Origin: a phage
NCBI GenBank assembly: GCA_033178465.1
Contig: GCA_033178465.1_4726.2
Reading direction: 5' to 3' (one strand)
DNA length: 41,138 nt
In this document: one piece after another, positions 19,946-28,456 of the stretch
How positions within the stretch are numbered: the stretch's first letter is position 1
Layout: each line of letters begins with the position of its first letter
The notes under the pieces: model-generated
Database searches by the model: none
Told to the model about the DNA's origin: nothing
The model's input: only the letters and a program-made list of their open reading frames with translations
Position numbers and translations under genes: made by a program

Positions 19946-20743
19946 TCAGCGGAACATGTCCAACAGAAAACGTTTTGCAAAGGGGTCACGTAACTGGTTG
20001 ACGCCAAAGCGCGTACGGTCTTCCGTTGTTAATGGATTCCACTGGCTCTGTTTCGCAAGATCTAACAGCATCCTTTTTATTTTCACCGGCCCACTGTTAA
20101 ACTGTACGGCTTGGTCACCGAACGTTCCCAAGGTCATCTTTGTAAATGGAAGATTCGCAACCTCTGGACGATCCCCACCAGTAAGTTTAGTCGACCACTG
20201 ATGTTTTCGTTTCAAGGTTCCGGTATGGCTCTCTACCAAAATAAGTTCACCAAAACCGGTTCTTGCCAACAAGTCAGAAACATAGTGCGTGGTGATATAC
20301 GATGTCTTGGTTATCGCAGGTAATTTACAATCCATCGATTCGATATTAGGGAGTCGATCTACAGACGTCATCAACCCACGATAAAGTGTAGCGAGTCCTT
20401 TTTGTTTTTCGGTGTGTGGCTCCTTATGTATAGCGTGCGGATATACACGCTTTATTGATGCGTAGGTTGGCGCATATATCCGCAAGCGAATATGGGGAAC
20501 GAGTTCATTCACTAGCTGCCTTAGCTGCAGTAACTCGTTTTGAAAATCCCCTGTTATCATCGATAACGGTAATTTATGTTGTTCAACGTCTTCAAAGCTT
20601 TCAACGAAATTGCGTGCTAAAGTACGCAGGTTGAACAACCAATCCATCGGTGTTTCTGGCTGTTGCTGCACGGCTGATACTGTTGCTGACGTCCCCACCG
20701 ATAAAGGATAATCACCTAACGTGCGGGCGTACATATTGCTCAT
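19946..20743 (-). CDS. hypothetical protein
   Basis: ORF 19946..20779; start taken at the ATG at 20743 (MSNMYARTL...) with AAGGAG upstream. Confidence 0.5.
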   Translation of the reverse strand: MSNMYARTLGDYPLSVGTSATVSAVQQQPETPMDWLFNLRTLARNFVESFEDVEQHKLPLSMITGDFQNELLQLRQLVNELVPHIRLRIYAPTYASIKRVYPHAIHKEPHTEKQKGLATLYRGLMTSVDRLPNIESMDCKLPAITKTSYITTHYVSDLLARTGFGELILVESHTGTLKRKHQWSTKLTGGDRPEVANLPFTKMTLGTFGDQAVQFNSGPVKIKRMLLDLAKQSQWNPLTTEDRTRFGVNQLRDPFAKRFLLDMFR

Positions 20744-20762
20744 ACCCCACAACTCCTTCTTA

Positions 20763-21905
20763 TCATGGCAACGTATCAAGCCAAGCAGAAACCTTTAAGG
20801 CATCAACGTTCGGGTATTTATTACGAATGCGTTCGACCAACAAACGCTTAACGTTGTCCTTTGTCAAGTCCCCACCTTTCTCGATAACGTTATTGACAAA
20901 ACTGTTCTTTAATAACGACTGGTTGTTCTTGGCGTCCGTTTTAATTGACCAGACAAAGCCCGGATACAAAGAAGGGATAGAACGAAACGTTTTCGCCGCA
21001 TCGTCTTCCTTATCGCAGCGTATTCGAATATGATCGCCCTTCTTCAATGGAGCCAATTCCCGTTCCAACACACGGACAATTTCATCTCCAACAAGACCAT
21101 GCAGTTTTATCGTCTTATAGACATCTGCTTTCTTGTTCTCGACAAATTCCCACTGGTCGTTAAACGTTTCCGTTAACATATAACGGAGATACCCTTTTGG
21201 ACCTTCTTCACCGTGCGCCAAGCGACCAAACGAACCGCCAACCATGATACGCCCTTTCTGGGATTGTAAATGGATGTGCCCGCTCACAATCCATCCCTGG
21301 GTCTTCTCTACCATTGCATTATACGCATCACTGCTATGAACACATGTTGCTTTTAACGCTTCTGGTGGAAGCTGATATTCGAACGCGCCATGCATCAGAA
21401 TAAAGTCTGGCGATCCCTTCTCATCAATAAGTCGGTTCACGGCTGACAACGTCACATCCGGATCGTGGCTGTAGTTATCTGGAAGATAGAGTACTTTTAA
21501 ACCAAAGTCTTCATCAACCATGCAGAGGTCATCGTAATAACGAACTTTCGCTCCTATCTCCATGACCTCGTTCTGTTCAACGAACCACTGACTTTGCTTC
21601 TGGTCGTGTAAATTGGTACCCTCAAGAAAGATCAACGTAATATCGTGTTTTCTCGCATACCGTAACAACCAGGTACCCCAGGCACGAACAGCAACCACGT
21701 CACTCGTTACAAACGTCGTAATACGATCGAAGACATCACCACTGAATGTAATCACGTCAAGCAGCGCAGGATCTTCTTTTGTAATGTAATAACGCAGTTG
21801 GCTAATCAGGTTTACTGTCGGTGTTTGACGATGGATAAAGTGAATATCCGACAAATTGATTCCACGTAATACCCCAGGCGTTTTATTTCGACTGAAGTCT
21901 CGCAT
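20763..21905 (-). CDS. SbcD/Mre11-like metallophosphoesterase nuclease
   Basis: Calcineurin-like phosphoesterase motifs in order: DIH (INLSDIHF), GDxxD (FSGDVFD), GNxHD (EGTNLHD), H (ILMHGAF), GHxH (VSGHIHL). Confidence 0.65.
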   Translation of the reverse strand: MRDFSRNKTPGVLRGINLSDIHFIHRQTPTVNLISQLRYYITKEDPALLDVITFSGDVFDRITTFVTSDVVAVRAWGTWLLRYARKHDITLIFLEGTNLHDQKQSQWFVEQNEVMEIGAKVRYYDDLCMVDEDFGLKVLYLPDNYSHDPDVTLSAVNRLIDEKGSPDFILMHGAFEYQLPPEALKATCVHSSDAYNAMVEKTQGWIVSGHIHLQSQKGRIMVGGSFGRLAHGEEGPKGYLRYMLTETFNDQWEFVENKKADVYKTIKLHGLVGDEIVRVLERELAPLKKGDHIRIRCDKEDDAAKTFRSIPSLYPGFVWSIKTDAKNNQSLLKNSFVNNVIEKGGDLTKDNVKRLLVERIRNKYPNVDALKVSAWLDTLP

Positions 21906-22687
21906 CAGAATTCCTCTAGGTTGCTGCTGCTAATAGTCCCCGTCGTAGACGGCATGTTTCTACTGCTAGCCGATGCAGTTGTTGAAGAAGTTCTGGCTAG
22001 ATTCAAGCCATTTAATAACCCACGCTCTTTTACCGTACGACGTGAACCATCACGAACGTCGTAAAGGGGTACGTTATAATGGTCAAAAATCCGGAGCCAT
22101 TGCACGTAATCAGCAACAACGTGGTCTTTGCTTTCATTCGGAGCAAAGCGATCAAGCTGATGGTCGACGTAAGCTTTAGCGCTTTCAGGATTGAAGTTAT
22201 ACTGTCGACGTGCTTTGTCCACCATCGCGAGGAAACACGTGTTGGGGTCACGATTGATGTATGAACGTGTCCGGATAAAGATAGCCGGTACTGTAAACAG
22301 AACCTTGTTGTTATTCCCATCAGCAACGATGTTAACCGCACGATGCGGTTGGCCTGCTATCTTACACCAATCGTGAACAATGGTGCTATTACTCAACATC
22401 TCCGCGTATTCAGGATCCTGCGAAAACATACCTGCGAACGGATACAAGAAATGTTTAACAAACAGCGACTCAGGCAGGATGTTGGGACGCGTCATCTCCT
22501 GTAAACCTTTTCGTAGAAGCTCGCTGTTGTCTACCAGCTCCTGCCACATGTCCGGTCGTGTTTTCGGGATGGACGGATCCTGAGCGCGGCGAATGCGCTC
22601 TTCCTCATTTACAACCACTACCCCAGCCGGATACCCCAATAAATCCGTTCCTTCGCTAACGTTGCTGTTAGTTTGGCGCGCCTTCAT
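21905..22687 (-). CDS. hypothetical protein
   Basis: 260-aa ORF; its stop overlaps the start of the SbcD-like gene. Confidence 0.55.
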   Translation of the reverse strand: MKARQTNSNVSEGTDLLGYPAGVVVVNEEERIRRAQDPSIPKTRPDMWQELVDNSELLRKGLQEMTRPNILPESLFVKHFLYPFAGMFSQDPEYAEMLSNSTIVHDWCKIAGQPHRAVNIVADGNNNKVLFTVPAIFIRTRSYINRDPNTCFLAMVDKARRQYNFNPESAKAYVDHQLDRFAPNESKDHVVADYVQWLRIFDHYNVPLYDVRDGSRRTVKERGLLNGLNLARTSSTTASASSRNMPSTTGTISSSNLEEF

Positions 22688-23075
22688 TTACTTCCTCCTG
22701 CCACTTGATAAAATTACCACGCTCGGATCGCAGAACACCGCCCAAATCGTACGATATACCTTTCTCTGTGACAATCCCACCGATCTGGAGATCAACACGT
22801 TCCGTCGTCGGATCGATATACTTGACACGGACTTTCAATTCCACGCGATCGTAATAACGCATTAAATAATCATACAACATCCGGTATGTCGCATCTTCCA
22901 ATTTGGGTGCGCTATACTGCGATGTTGCGATGAGGTACGGTAGTGAAACGATAGAGCCTTGGTAGCAATACGACTGGGAATAATTCGATATTGCGAAATT
23001 GGTCATTAACCCATCCAGCTTTTTTCCCGACGCGGTTAAAAAGCTCGACAGTCCCGGTAACGGATTCGATGCCAT
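22668..23075 (-). CDS. hypothetical protein
   Basis: 135-aa ORF in the minus-strand gene array. Confidence 0.5.
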   Translation of the reverse strand: MASNPLPGLSSFLTASGKKLDGLMTNFAISNYSQSYCYQGSIVSLPYLIATSQYSAPKLEDATYRMLYDYLMRYYDRVELKVRVKYIDPTTERVDLQIGGIVTEKGISYDLGGVLRSERGNFIKWQEEVNEGAPN

Positions 23076-23088
23076 GAGGAACTCCTCT

Positions 23089-23538
23089 TTAAGCGTAATT
23101 CATTCCAACCAATCTATCGTAGTTAGGCATATGCCCTAACTCCAGTTCGACGGGCATGGATACATTGGTGCGTGGTGCGTAAAATGTTCGCGTATGCATA
23201 TCGATATACCCACAGTCCAAATAAACAATATCGGACAACTCCGCTGGATGTTTAGGTGCGGGAATCTTTAAGCGATTGTAACACTCAAGCTGCCACCAGG
23301 CATGAAAAAAGTTATTGTAGGCGTACGATTTACTGTTGGCAACTTTAAGTCCGTAGATCACCCATAACGCCGCCATGAAGTTGGTCGCATTAACTCGCAT
23401 CGGTTGTTCATTATTGAGCATGTACGTGTAGGTAAACAACGGTGTGTTACCATCACCGAAACGTCCGACTAAGGTGTTGTTCGTGTGTTCGACCTCAAAG
23501 GAAAAATGCTGGCTGCTATTGCCATCAAAATGGATCAT
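23089..23538 (-). CDS. hypothetical protein
   Basis: 149-aa ORF in the minus-strand gene array. Confidence 0.5.
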   Translation of the reverse strand: MIHFDGNSSQHFSFEVEHTNNTLVGRFGDGNTPLFTYTYMLNNEQPMRVNATNFMAALWVIYGLKVANSKSYAYNNFFHAWWQLECYNRLKIPAPKHPAELSDIVYLDCGYIDMHTRTFYAPRTNVSMPVELELGHMPNYDRLVGMNYA

Positions 23539-23611
23539 TCCGTTCTCCTCAAGCTTTTCATTTCATAGAGTGGTGGAAATTCGTAGAAAGTTACAAAAAT
23601 AAAAAAGAATG

Positions 23612-23645
23612 GGCAGCCCCTCCCCACCCGAAGGTAGGGAGAGAC
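23612..23645 (-). terminator. terminator hairpin with UUCG-type loop (minus-strand TCTCCCTACC-TTCG-GGTGGGGAGGGG, then U-rich tract)
   Basis: Inverted repeat directly after the 23657..24142 stop, followed on the minus strand by CATTCTTTTTTATTTTTG. Confidence 0.55.
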
Positions 23646-23656
23646 CGCAAATATAC

Positions 23657-24142
23657 TTAAACCAAAGCTGCGATAACGTCGTTAACATTACGGCCTCGCA
23701 ACTCTGCCGCTAAACGAATAACTTCATCCAGGGAACGGTTTGTACGAATCTTGGCCACTTTCCAATTTTCAGGATACTGTTCGAAGTTAAGCAACCAAGT
23801 CATTACCTTTGCTTGTTCCATACCGTTGAGTTTGATTGTCGTGCGCGGATTGGCTTTGAACCACTTCTTGCTCAGCTGCGCCATACGGCGAACAGGGTAA
23901 GCGTAAGCGCGAGTCCAGTCTTTGGACAGATTGTCGAGTAATTCACAGTAGCTGCTGTCGTAGTCTTTGTTGATACGACGTAATAACCAGTTGGCGGTCA
24001 TCTGATAAAGTTTATCATCTTCACGTAACCGCATACCCGCTACTGCTAAATAAATGATAAGACCTGCGCCCAGGATGAGAGACAGGATAAACAGAATTTG
24101 GGTTTCTTGTGCTAAAGTCATTTTACTATCCTCGGATTTCAT
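23657..24142 (-). CDS. hypothetical membrane protein (early gene)
   Basis: 161-aa ORF with a hydrophobic N-terminal helix (ILFILSLILGAGLIIYLAVAG); early-promoter motif about 70 nt upstream. Confidence 0.55.
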   Translation of the reverse strand: MKSEDSKMTLAQETQILFILSLILGAGLIIYLAVAGMRLREDDKLYQMTANWLLRRINKDYDSSYCELLDNLSKDWTRAYAYPVRRMAQLSKKWFKANPRTTIKLNGMEQAKVMTWLLNFEQYPENWKVAKIRTNRSLDEVIRLAAELRGRNVNDVIAALV

Positions 24143-24207
24143 TAGGATTTAATTTCCAATATAAGAGCAATGTGATATGCCTTATACAGTCGATTGATGT
24201 TGTACAT

Positions 24208-24235
24208 CACCTAAGTAATATAGCCGTGAAAAATG
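24208..24235 (-). promoter_or_regulatory. putative phage early promoter (minus-strand TTTTCACGGCTATATTACTTAGGTG)
   Basis: Second copy of the conserved motif, upstream of 23657..24142. Confidence 0.5.
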
Positions 24236-24240
24236 TTGGA

Positions 24241-25038
24241 TTAACGTGTTCTCCTATCACGATGCGTATACGACTGAAGACCGATGTCCATATGTGGTAA
24301 CGTCAGCGTCTGCCAGATCTGTCGTGCGTAACGATCGAGCGTATGATCGTCAGTAACACAATCGACGGGTTCGATGAGGTGAGTCGTATACTGGCTTTTC
24401 TCAGAGAAAGGTTCGATGTTAGCTGTATCTCCTAATCCGCTTTTCACCGTGAAGACAAGACGTGTGACTATCATCGCCCTATGTTGCTGTTCGTTATAAC
24501 GAAGGCTGCGGTATACGGCATAGCTTCCTCCTTTTAGGCTTCGGGTATAACGAAGGTCGGAGGTCGTCTCGGAAATCTGATACAACATCCAATCCAACGT
24601 ATCACGCCAGTACGCATCATCCACATCAGGAACTGTAATACCATACCGCGTAGGCAGCAGTTCTAAAAGCAATTTATAAAGTCCGCGACGCAGACCATGC
24701 TCTTCTGTTTCCGATAAACCGTTTCCAACGTAACGTGAAATACGTGTACGTAAATACGTACGGATGAACATATTCGCCATCAGTGTTTTCACTCTGCTAC
24801 TGGTATCCTCAAAGCGATCAACGCTGAAACTCGTTTCAATCAGCCGTCCATTAAAATACAATGCGGCAACATACATCGCGTTATTACTATCACGTTCAAT
24901 GTTTAAACGACCGCAGATATTAGCCGCGTCGTTCATGGTAAATTCTAATTTATCGTGTTCGATACGATAGATAATATCCTCCTGGGTTGCTAGGCTCGCA
25001 ATACGACGATAGCCCGGAGAAGTACGTTTTACACTCAT
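24241..25038 (-). CDS. hypothetical protein
   Basis: ORF 24241..25077; start taken at the ATG at 25038 (MSVKRTSPGY...) with GAGGA upstream. Confidence 0.5.
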   Translation of the reverse strand: MSVKRTSPGYRRIASLATQEDIIYRIEHDKLEFTMNDAANICGRLNIERDSNNAMYVAALYFNGRLIETSFSVDRFEDTSSRVKTLMANMFIRTYLRTRISRYVGNGLSETEEHGLRRGLYKLLLELLPTRYGITVPDVDDAYWRDTLDWMLYQISETTSDLRYTRSLKGGSYAVYRSLRYNEQQHRAMIVTRLVFTVKSGLGDTANIEPFSEKSQYTTHLIEPVDCVTDDHTLDRYARQIWQTLTLPHMDIGLQSYTHRDRRTR

Positions 25039-25080
25039 GATTGTCCTCGTTTTCAATTTTAAGATTGCATGCGGCATAAA

Positions 25081-25105
25081 CCCTCCCCGCCTTATGCAGG
25101 GAGGG
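25081..25105 (-). terminator. terminator hairpin (CCCTCCC ... GGGAGGG)
   Basis: Inverted repeat after the 25121..25759 stop, followed on the minus strand by TTTATGCC. Confidence 0.5.
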
Positions 25106-25120
25106 TAGCCATTAAATGGA

Positions 25121-25759
25121 TTAACCTAATTTACCACCGGCGATGTTGGTGAAATCTTCGCCATCAGGAACTTGCAGTAGGATACGTGCCATGTCCCAGT
25201 TGGTTAATGTAATTGCTTTATCATCGATACTCAGTTCTGGTAGGTCGAGTTCATGATCGTCAAACTCGTAGGAAATACTCCACGTTTCGTCTGTTTTAGG
25301 ATCGGTTATCAACACACCGTCTGTTACACGCATGTAGTCCGGATGCAATTCATTACTGAATGTGCTGAACGGATCGGTGTAACATTCAGCATATCCCTCG
25401 ATTTGCTGACGCTGTGCCTTCGTACGTAATTCAGGGCACGCCATGATCAGTTGTCGAGATATGCCGTTTGCAGCTCGGAAATCCTCCACGGTGTTACATG
25501 GCATAACCACATCGTCATGGAAGATGTTCTCCGATTGTCTCAACAGCGTCTTACGGAGTTCAGCATAGTTTATCTGATTGAATGCGTCGAACGTTGCTAA
25601 CGATTCAGCGTAAAAATGCTTTACGTGTTCGCTTGCGCCGCCGAGGCTATTCATCAGCTTGTGGCCGTACTCCATAAAGCTTTTATCGAGACCGGAGGAC
25701 ATTTCTCCGAACCTCAGTGCACGATAACTGTCTCGTCCACCTGTAAATATTTGCGCCAT
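25121..25759 (-). CDS. hypothetical protein
   Basis: 212-aa ORF with a strong AAAGGAGGA Shine-Dalgarno. Confidence 0.6.
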   Translation of the reverse strand: MAQIFTGGRDSYRALRFGEMSSGLDKSFMEYGHKLMNSLGGASEHVKHFYAESLATFDAFNQINYAELRKTLLRQSENIFHDDVVMPCNTVEDFRAANGISRQLIMACPELRTKAQRQQIEGYAECYTDPFSTFSNELHPDYMRVTDGVLITDPKTDETWSISYEFDDHELDLPELSIDDKAITLTNWDMARILLQVPDGEDFTNIAGGKLG

Positions 25760-25774
25760 TACAGGCGTCCTCCT

Positions 25775-26008
25775 TTAGCAATGGTTGTTAGTTGCTTCTA
25801 TTTCGTCAAGATACGGTTCTACGTCATCGCCCTCCACGAATTCGTTGAACCAACAGTCAATGGTAGAAATAACCGGCGACTGGTGTTCACATTTCTTAGA
25901 TACCTTAAAAGGTACGTTATTATCCATCATACCGAGTTCGGGTCGAAAACGCCCGAAATGTTTCGCAGTCCAAATGTCTGGGACGATATGGTTGTTCATC
26001 GTAGTGTT
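25775..26008 (-). CDS. RNA polymerase beta' N-terminal subunit, proposed terminal exon (exon 4)
   Basis: In-frame translation NTTMNNHIVPD...ELGMMDNNVPF parallels E. coli beta' (DGD)QMAVHVP...ARALMMSTNNILSP, the region just after the catalytic motif. Begins right after a CTG that follows a conserved hairpin (26012-26037). The ORF track lists this as a 79-aa ORF 25775..26014. Confidence 0.5.
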   Translation of the reverse strand, partial: NTTMNNHIVPDIWTAKHFGRFRPELGMMDNNVPFKVSKKCEHQSPVISTIDCWFNEFVEGDDVEPYLDEIEATNNHC

Positions 26009-26357
26009 CAGCATGAGTCGCTACCTCATACCCGCAGCTTTACCTGCAGCTTCCGGTGTTACCGGAATGTCCAGAATACATCTTATCCATATTCCAAATG
26101 GAACGTAGGACTTCCGCGCTGGATCTCGCTTGAGACCACGTATTCGTTGAACGTTCTCCTGAACGGAGCTTCGCTGCTGATCGAACATTGTTACGTACGG
26201 TAGGCGTCCCCGAAGGGATTGTCATTGAAGCCGCGTACATCCGCTACCTTGTTTCTACCTTATCGGTTCCTCTTACGAGGCGTAGCGGCCTTAGCCCTTC
26301 CCAGCAATTCACGGAATCCAAGCTCTTCCTTTCGGAAGACAGGGCCTATGATTAAGC
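26009..26357 (-). ncRNA. group I intron-like element C (ORF-less), approximate boundaries
   Basis: Minus-strand core elements in canonical order: P-like GAATTGCTGGGAAGGG (26315-26300), Q-like GATCAGCAGCG (about 26183-26171), R-like GTTCAACGAATACG (about 26143-26130), S-like TAAGATGTATTC (about 26090-26077), then a 3' hairpin with GTAGCGA loop and CTG before the exon. Confidence 0.5.
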
Positions 26358-26367
26358 GTCACCGTCG
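26358..26367 (-). CDS. proposed 10-nt micro-exon (C GAC GGT GAC) supplying the DGD of NADFDGD
   Basis: Lies between S element of intron B and P element of intron C; preceded by ...AACAG (candidate terminal G). It is the only placement found that restores the catalytic aspartate triad in frame. Inference only. Confidence 0.35.
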
Positions 26368-26743
26368 CTGTTATCGACTATATCTTCATCCTCGTTGCGA
26401 GGAGTCTCCCGTTTTGGTCTGTGTTTAACAGAACCTACTCTACTCGACATCGCGTCTTTCGATAGTCTGTGAGCATACATCTTAACGAACATTCGTGGAT
26501 TCCTAAACAGGTGAATGTTCTTGTTGAGATGCTTCGCTGCGGATTATTCCCGTCCTACCTCTTTTACCATACCCAGTTCATTACGCTGGCCCTCATCTGT
26601 GTCACCACGATGAGTTGGTGTGTAGTCCGATTACAGAAACTTCCCGTCAATTAGAGAGTTTTAACTACGTTCCTGTTACCAGAAACCAGATCCCGACGGT
26701 ATCAATAAATCAACGTAAGTTATTGATTTAATTGAAAAAACTG
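26368..26743 (-). ncRNA. group I intron-like element B (ORF-less), approximate boundaries
   Basis: Minus-strand P-like AATTGACGGGAA (about 26657-26641), P5-like GGGTATGGTAAAAG, Q exact AATCCGCAGC (26544-26535), R-like GCTCACAGACTATC (about 26478-26461), S-like GAAGATATAGTCG (26387-26375). The 3' tail after S is unusually short (7 nt), so the junction is uncertain. Confidence 0.5.
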
Positions 26744-26765
26744 AAATCTGCATTATCTAAATCTT
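26744..26765 (-). CDS. proposed 22-nt micro-exon (AA GAT TTA GAT AAT GCA GAT TT) supplying ...DLDNADF
   Basis: In-frame N-A-D-F codons at 26754..26744, immediately after the intron A 3' hairpin plus CTG and immediately before intron B. Inference only; the exon may start at 26762 instead. Confidence 0.4.
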
Positions 26766-27140
26766 CAGTATGGTTCGCTACACCATACCCGCACATACGT
26801 GCAGCTTACGTCTTTCACGTAAGAAGAGACTATATCTTTCACCCTCAGCATTATCTGGTCGGGGCCCCCATTTCGGCGGTCAGATGACCGGTGGTTTCCC
26901 ACGCCGCTTGGCCCTAACGCCCGTAAGCGATAGTCGTTGAGCACATCTCCGTTCTGGAGACTTCGCTGCGGATTCCCCAATCCTTGCCGCTTTTACCATA
27001 CCTGAATGATTAGTTCAGCCCCACACTCTGTTCCCAGGCGTGGTTGGTGGACAAGGCTCTAAGTAGGTTCCCGCATTAGGGAGTTCCTCGTAACAACATT
27101 TCTGCGTTACTGGGCCTAACGACCCTTTCAAGATCATCAC
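26766..27140 (-). ncRNA. group I intron-like element A (ORF-less), approximate boundaries (5' splice site estimated 27130-27146)
   Basis: Minus-strand P-like TAATGCGGGAAC (27080-27069), P5-like CAGGTATGGTAAAAG, Q exact AATCCGCAGC (26974-26965), R-like CTCAACGACTATCG (26941-26928), S-like AAAGATATAGTCTC (26839-26826), and a 3' hairpin GGTATGGT-GTAGCGA-ACCATAC (26795-26770). Confidence 0.55.
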
Positions 27141-28364
27141 GCTTAACCCGATGGTATTATCCTGCGGATCGCGTTTAACCTTGGTGATTTCAAGACATTG
27201 GTTACTGCTTCGGTCAAGTGATGGGTTTCGAACAAAACCACACACAATCCCATCGAACGGTGTATCAGCAATAAGCTCATCGTGCAGCTCACTCATCATC
27301 GGATGATAATTACGGACATGTTCCGCAACGAACGCACGTGCAGCTCTTGGTGAATAACCACGATGGAATAACTTGGATTGGATATGTTCTTTATTGGTTA
27401 AAGTAAATGGCGCGTATGGGAAATGCAGATGATAATAACGATGGTTCGCTGTTATCGAACTGATTACGGTACGCGTGGTGAATGGATGTAATGTACCTAA
27501 TATGTTTTTACGTGTAATACCTTTCTTCTTACCGATGAACTCATCGAAAATCGCCGCGTGGTATTGCAGCAGCTTCAATTGCACTTTCGCCATCCAGTTT
27601 TCTTTCTTTCTGGCGCTCAAAGGTGTTGTTGGGTGATAGATACTATTCAACGTACCGATAGCATCGATCGCACCTTCCATTTTGCTATCCGCATAACGAC
27701 CGGTTGGCGTATTCTCGATAACGAACATCATGGCCGCAGGAAAGCTGATATACTGACTGAAGAACTTATCACGATGGATACGGATGAATTCTCGTAGCGT
27801 GTCAACTTTCTCCGTGTTCTTCGGTCCACGTAACGTCGGTCCTTTATACAAGATCTCCATGATGCGATCGAAGTTCTGTATAAAGCTATTTACACCACGA
27901 CGTATCCCGAATACATCGAATTGCTGCTCCAGATAGTTCTTGAGTTCGATGGGTCGTTTTACATTTGGACGGTAACTGGCATCAATGAGCCACGTCATCG
28001 TTTCAAAGCTTTTGATATTCAACTCGCTTGCCAGCACGAGATGGACCAACGGGTTAATGAACGCATCGATTCCTTCAGGAACGCGCGCCCAAACAGTCGA
28101 ACGAATCTCTTGTTCTGCTGGGTAGGTTACAACCGTTTTACAGTTTGGACACACCGTGCCGAGTAGCTCACCACGATTGTAGAAACCACAACCACATTGT
28201 GGTGTGATATCCAACGTATCGCTGGAGTAAACACGGGTGATAAAACTGTTTAATTTCTTCTTCTCTTCGACGACTTTTGTATCGTAATCATTCAACAAAA
28301 TCGGCGTAAAAGGAAGTTCTGCGAGCTGTCTATCGAAACTCACGATATCGAGCATGATGGCCAT
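27015..28364 (-). CDS. RNA polymerase beta' N-terminal subunit, exon 1 (ORF as listed; true 3' end probably about 27130-27146)
   Basis: Zinc-ribbon [20 protein letters not shown] matches the beta' N-terminal Cx(2)C...Cx2C; [26 protein letters not shown] parallels [35 protein letters not shown] parallels NRAPTLHRLGIQ. The ORF then runs into intron-like sequence and stops without NADFDGD. Confidence 0.6.
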   Translation of the reverse strand: [449 protein letters not shown]

Positions 28365-28406
28365 GGGGTATCTCCTACAAATGAAAAAGAACGTTAGGAC
28401 GTATAA

Positions 28407-28430
28407 GGGAGGGAGGTTGCCCTCCCTCCC
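28407..28430 (-). terminator. terminator hairpin (GGGAGGGAGG-TTGC-CCTCCCTCCC)
   Basis: Perfect 10-bp inverted repeat 27 nt downstream of the chimallin-like gene stop, with a U-rich tract downstream on the minus strand. Confidence 0.55.
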
Positions 28431-28456
28431 GTCAGATTACATCGAACGTTCTTCCA

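Noticed and set aside
26358-26367. Reading the DGD codons as coincidental, with a single large intron spanning 26743-26009
   Set aside because: That model leaves the beta' subunit without its catalytic aspartate triad; the three-intron micro-exon model is preferred but remains unverified.
26219-26654. Plus-strand ORFs 26219..26428 and 26469..26654, and minus-strand ORF 26765..26980
   Set aside because: They fall inside the group I intron-like cores; the region is better explained as structured RNA than as coding sequence.
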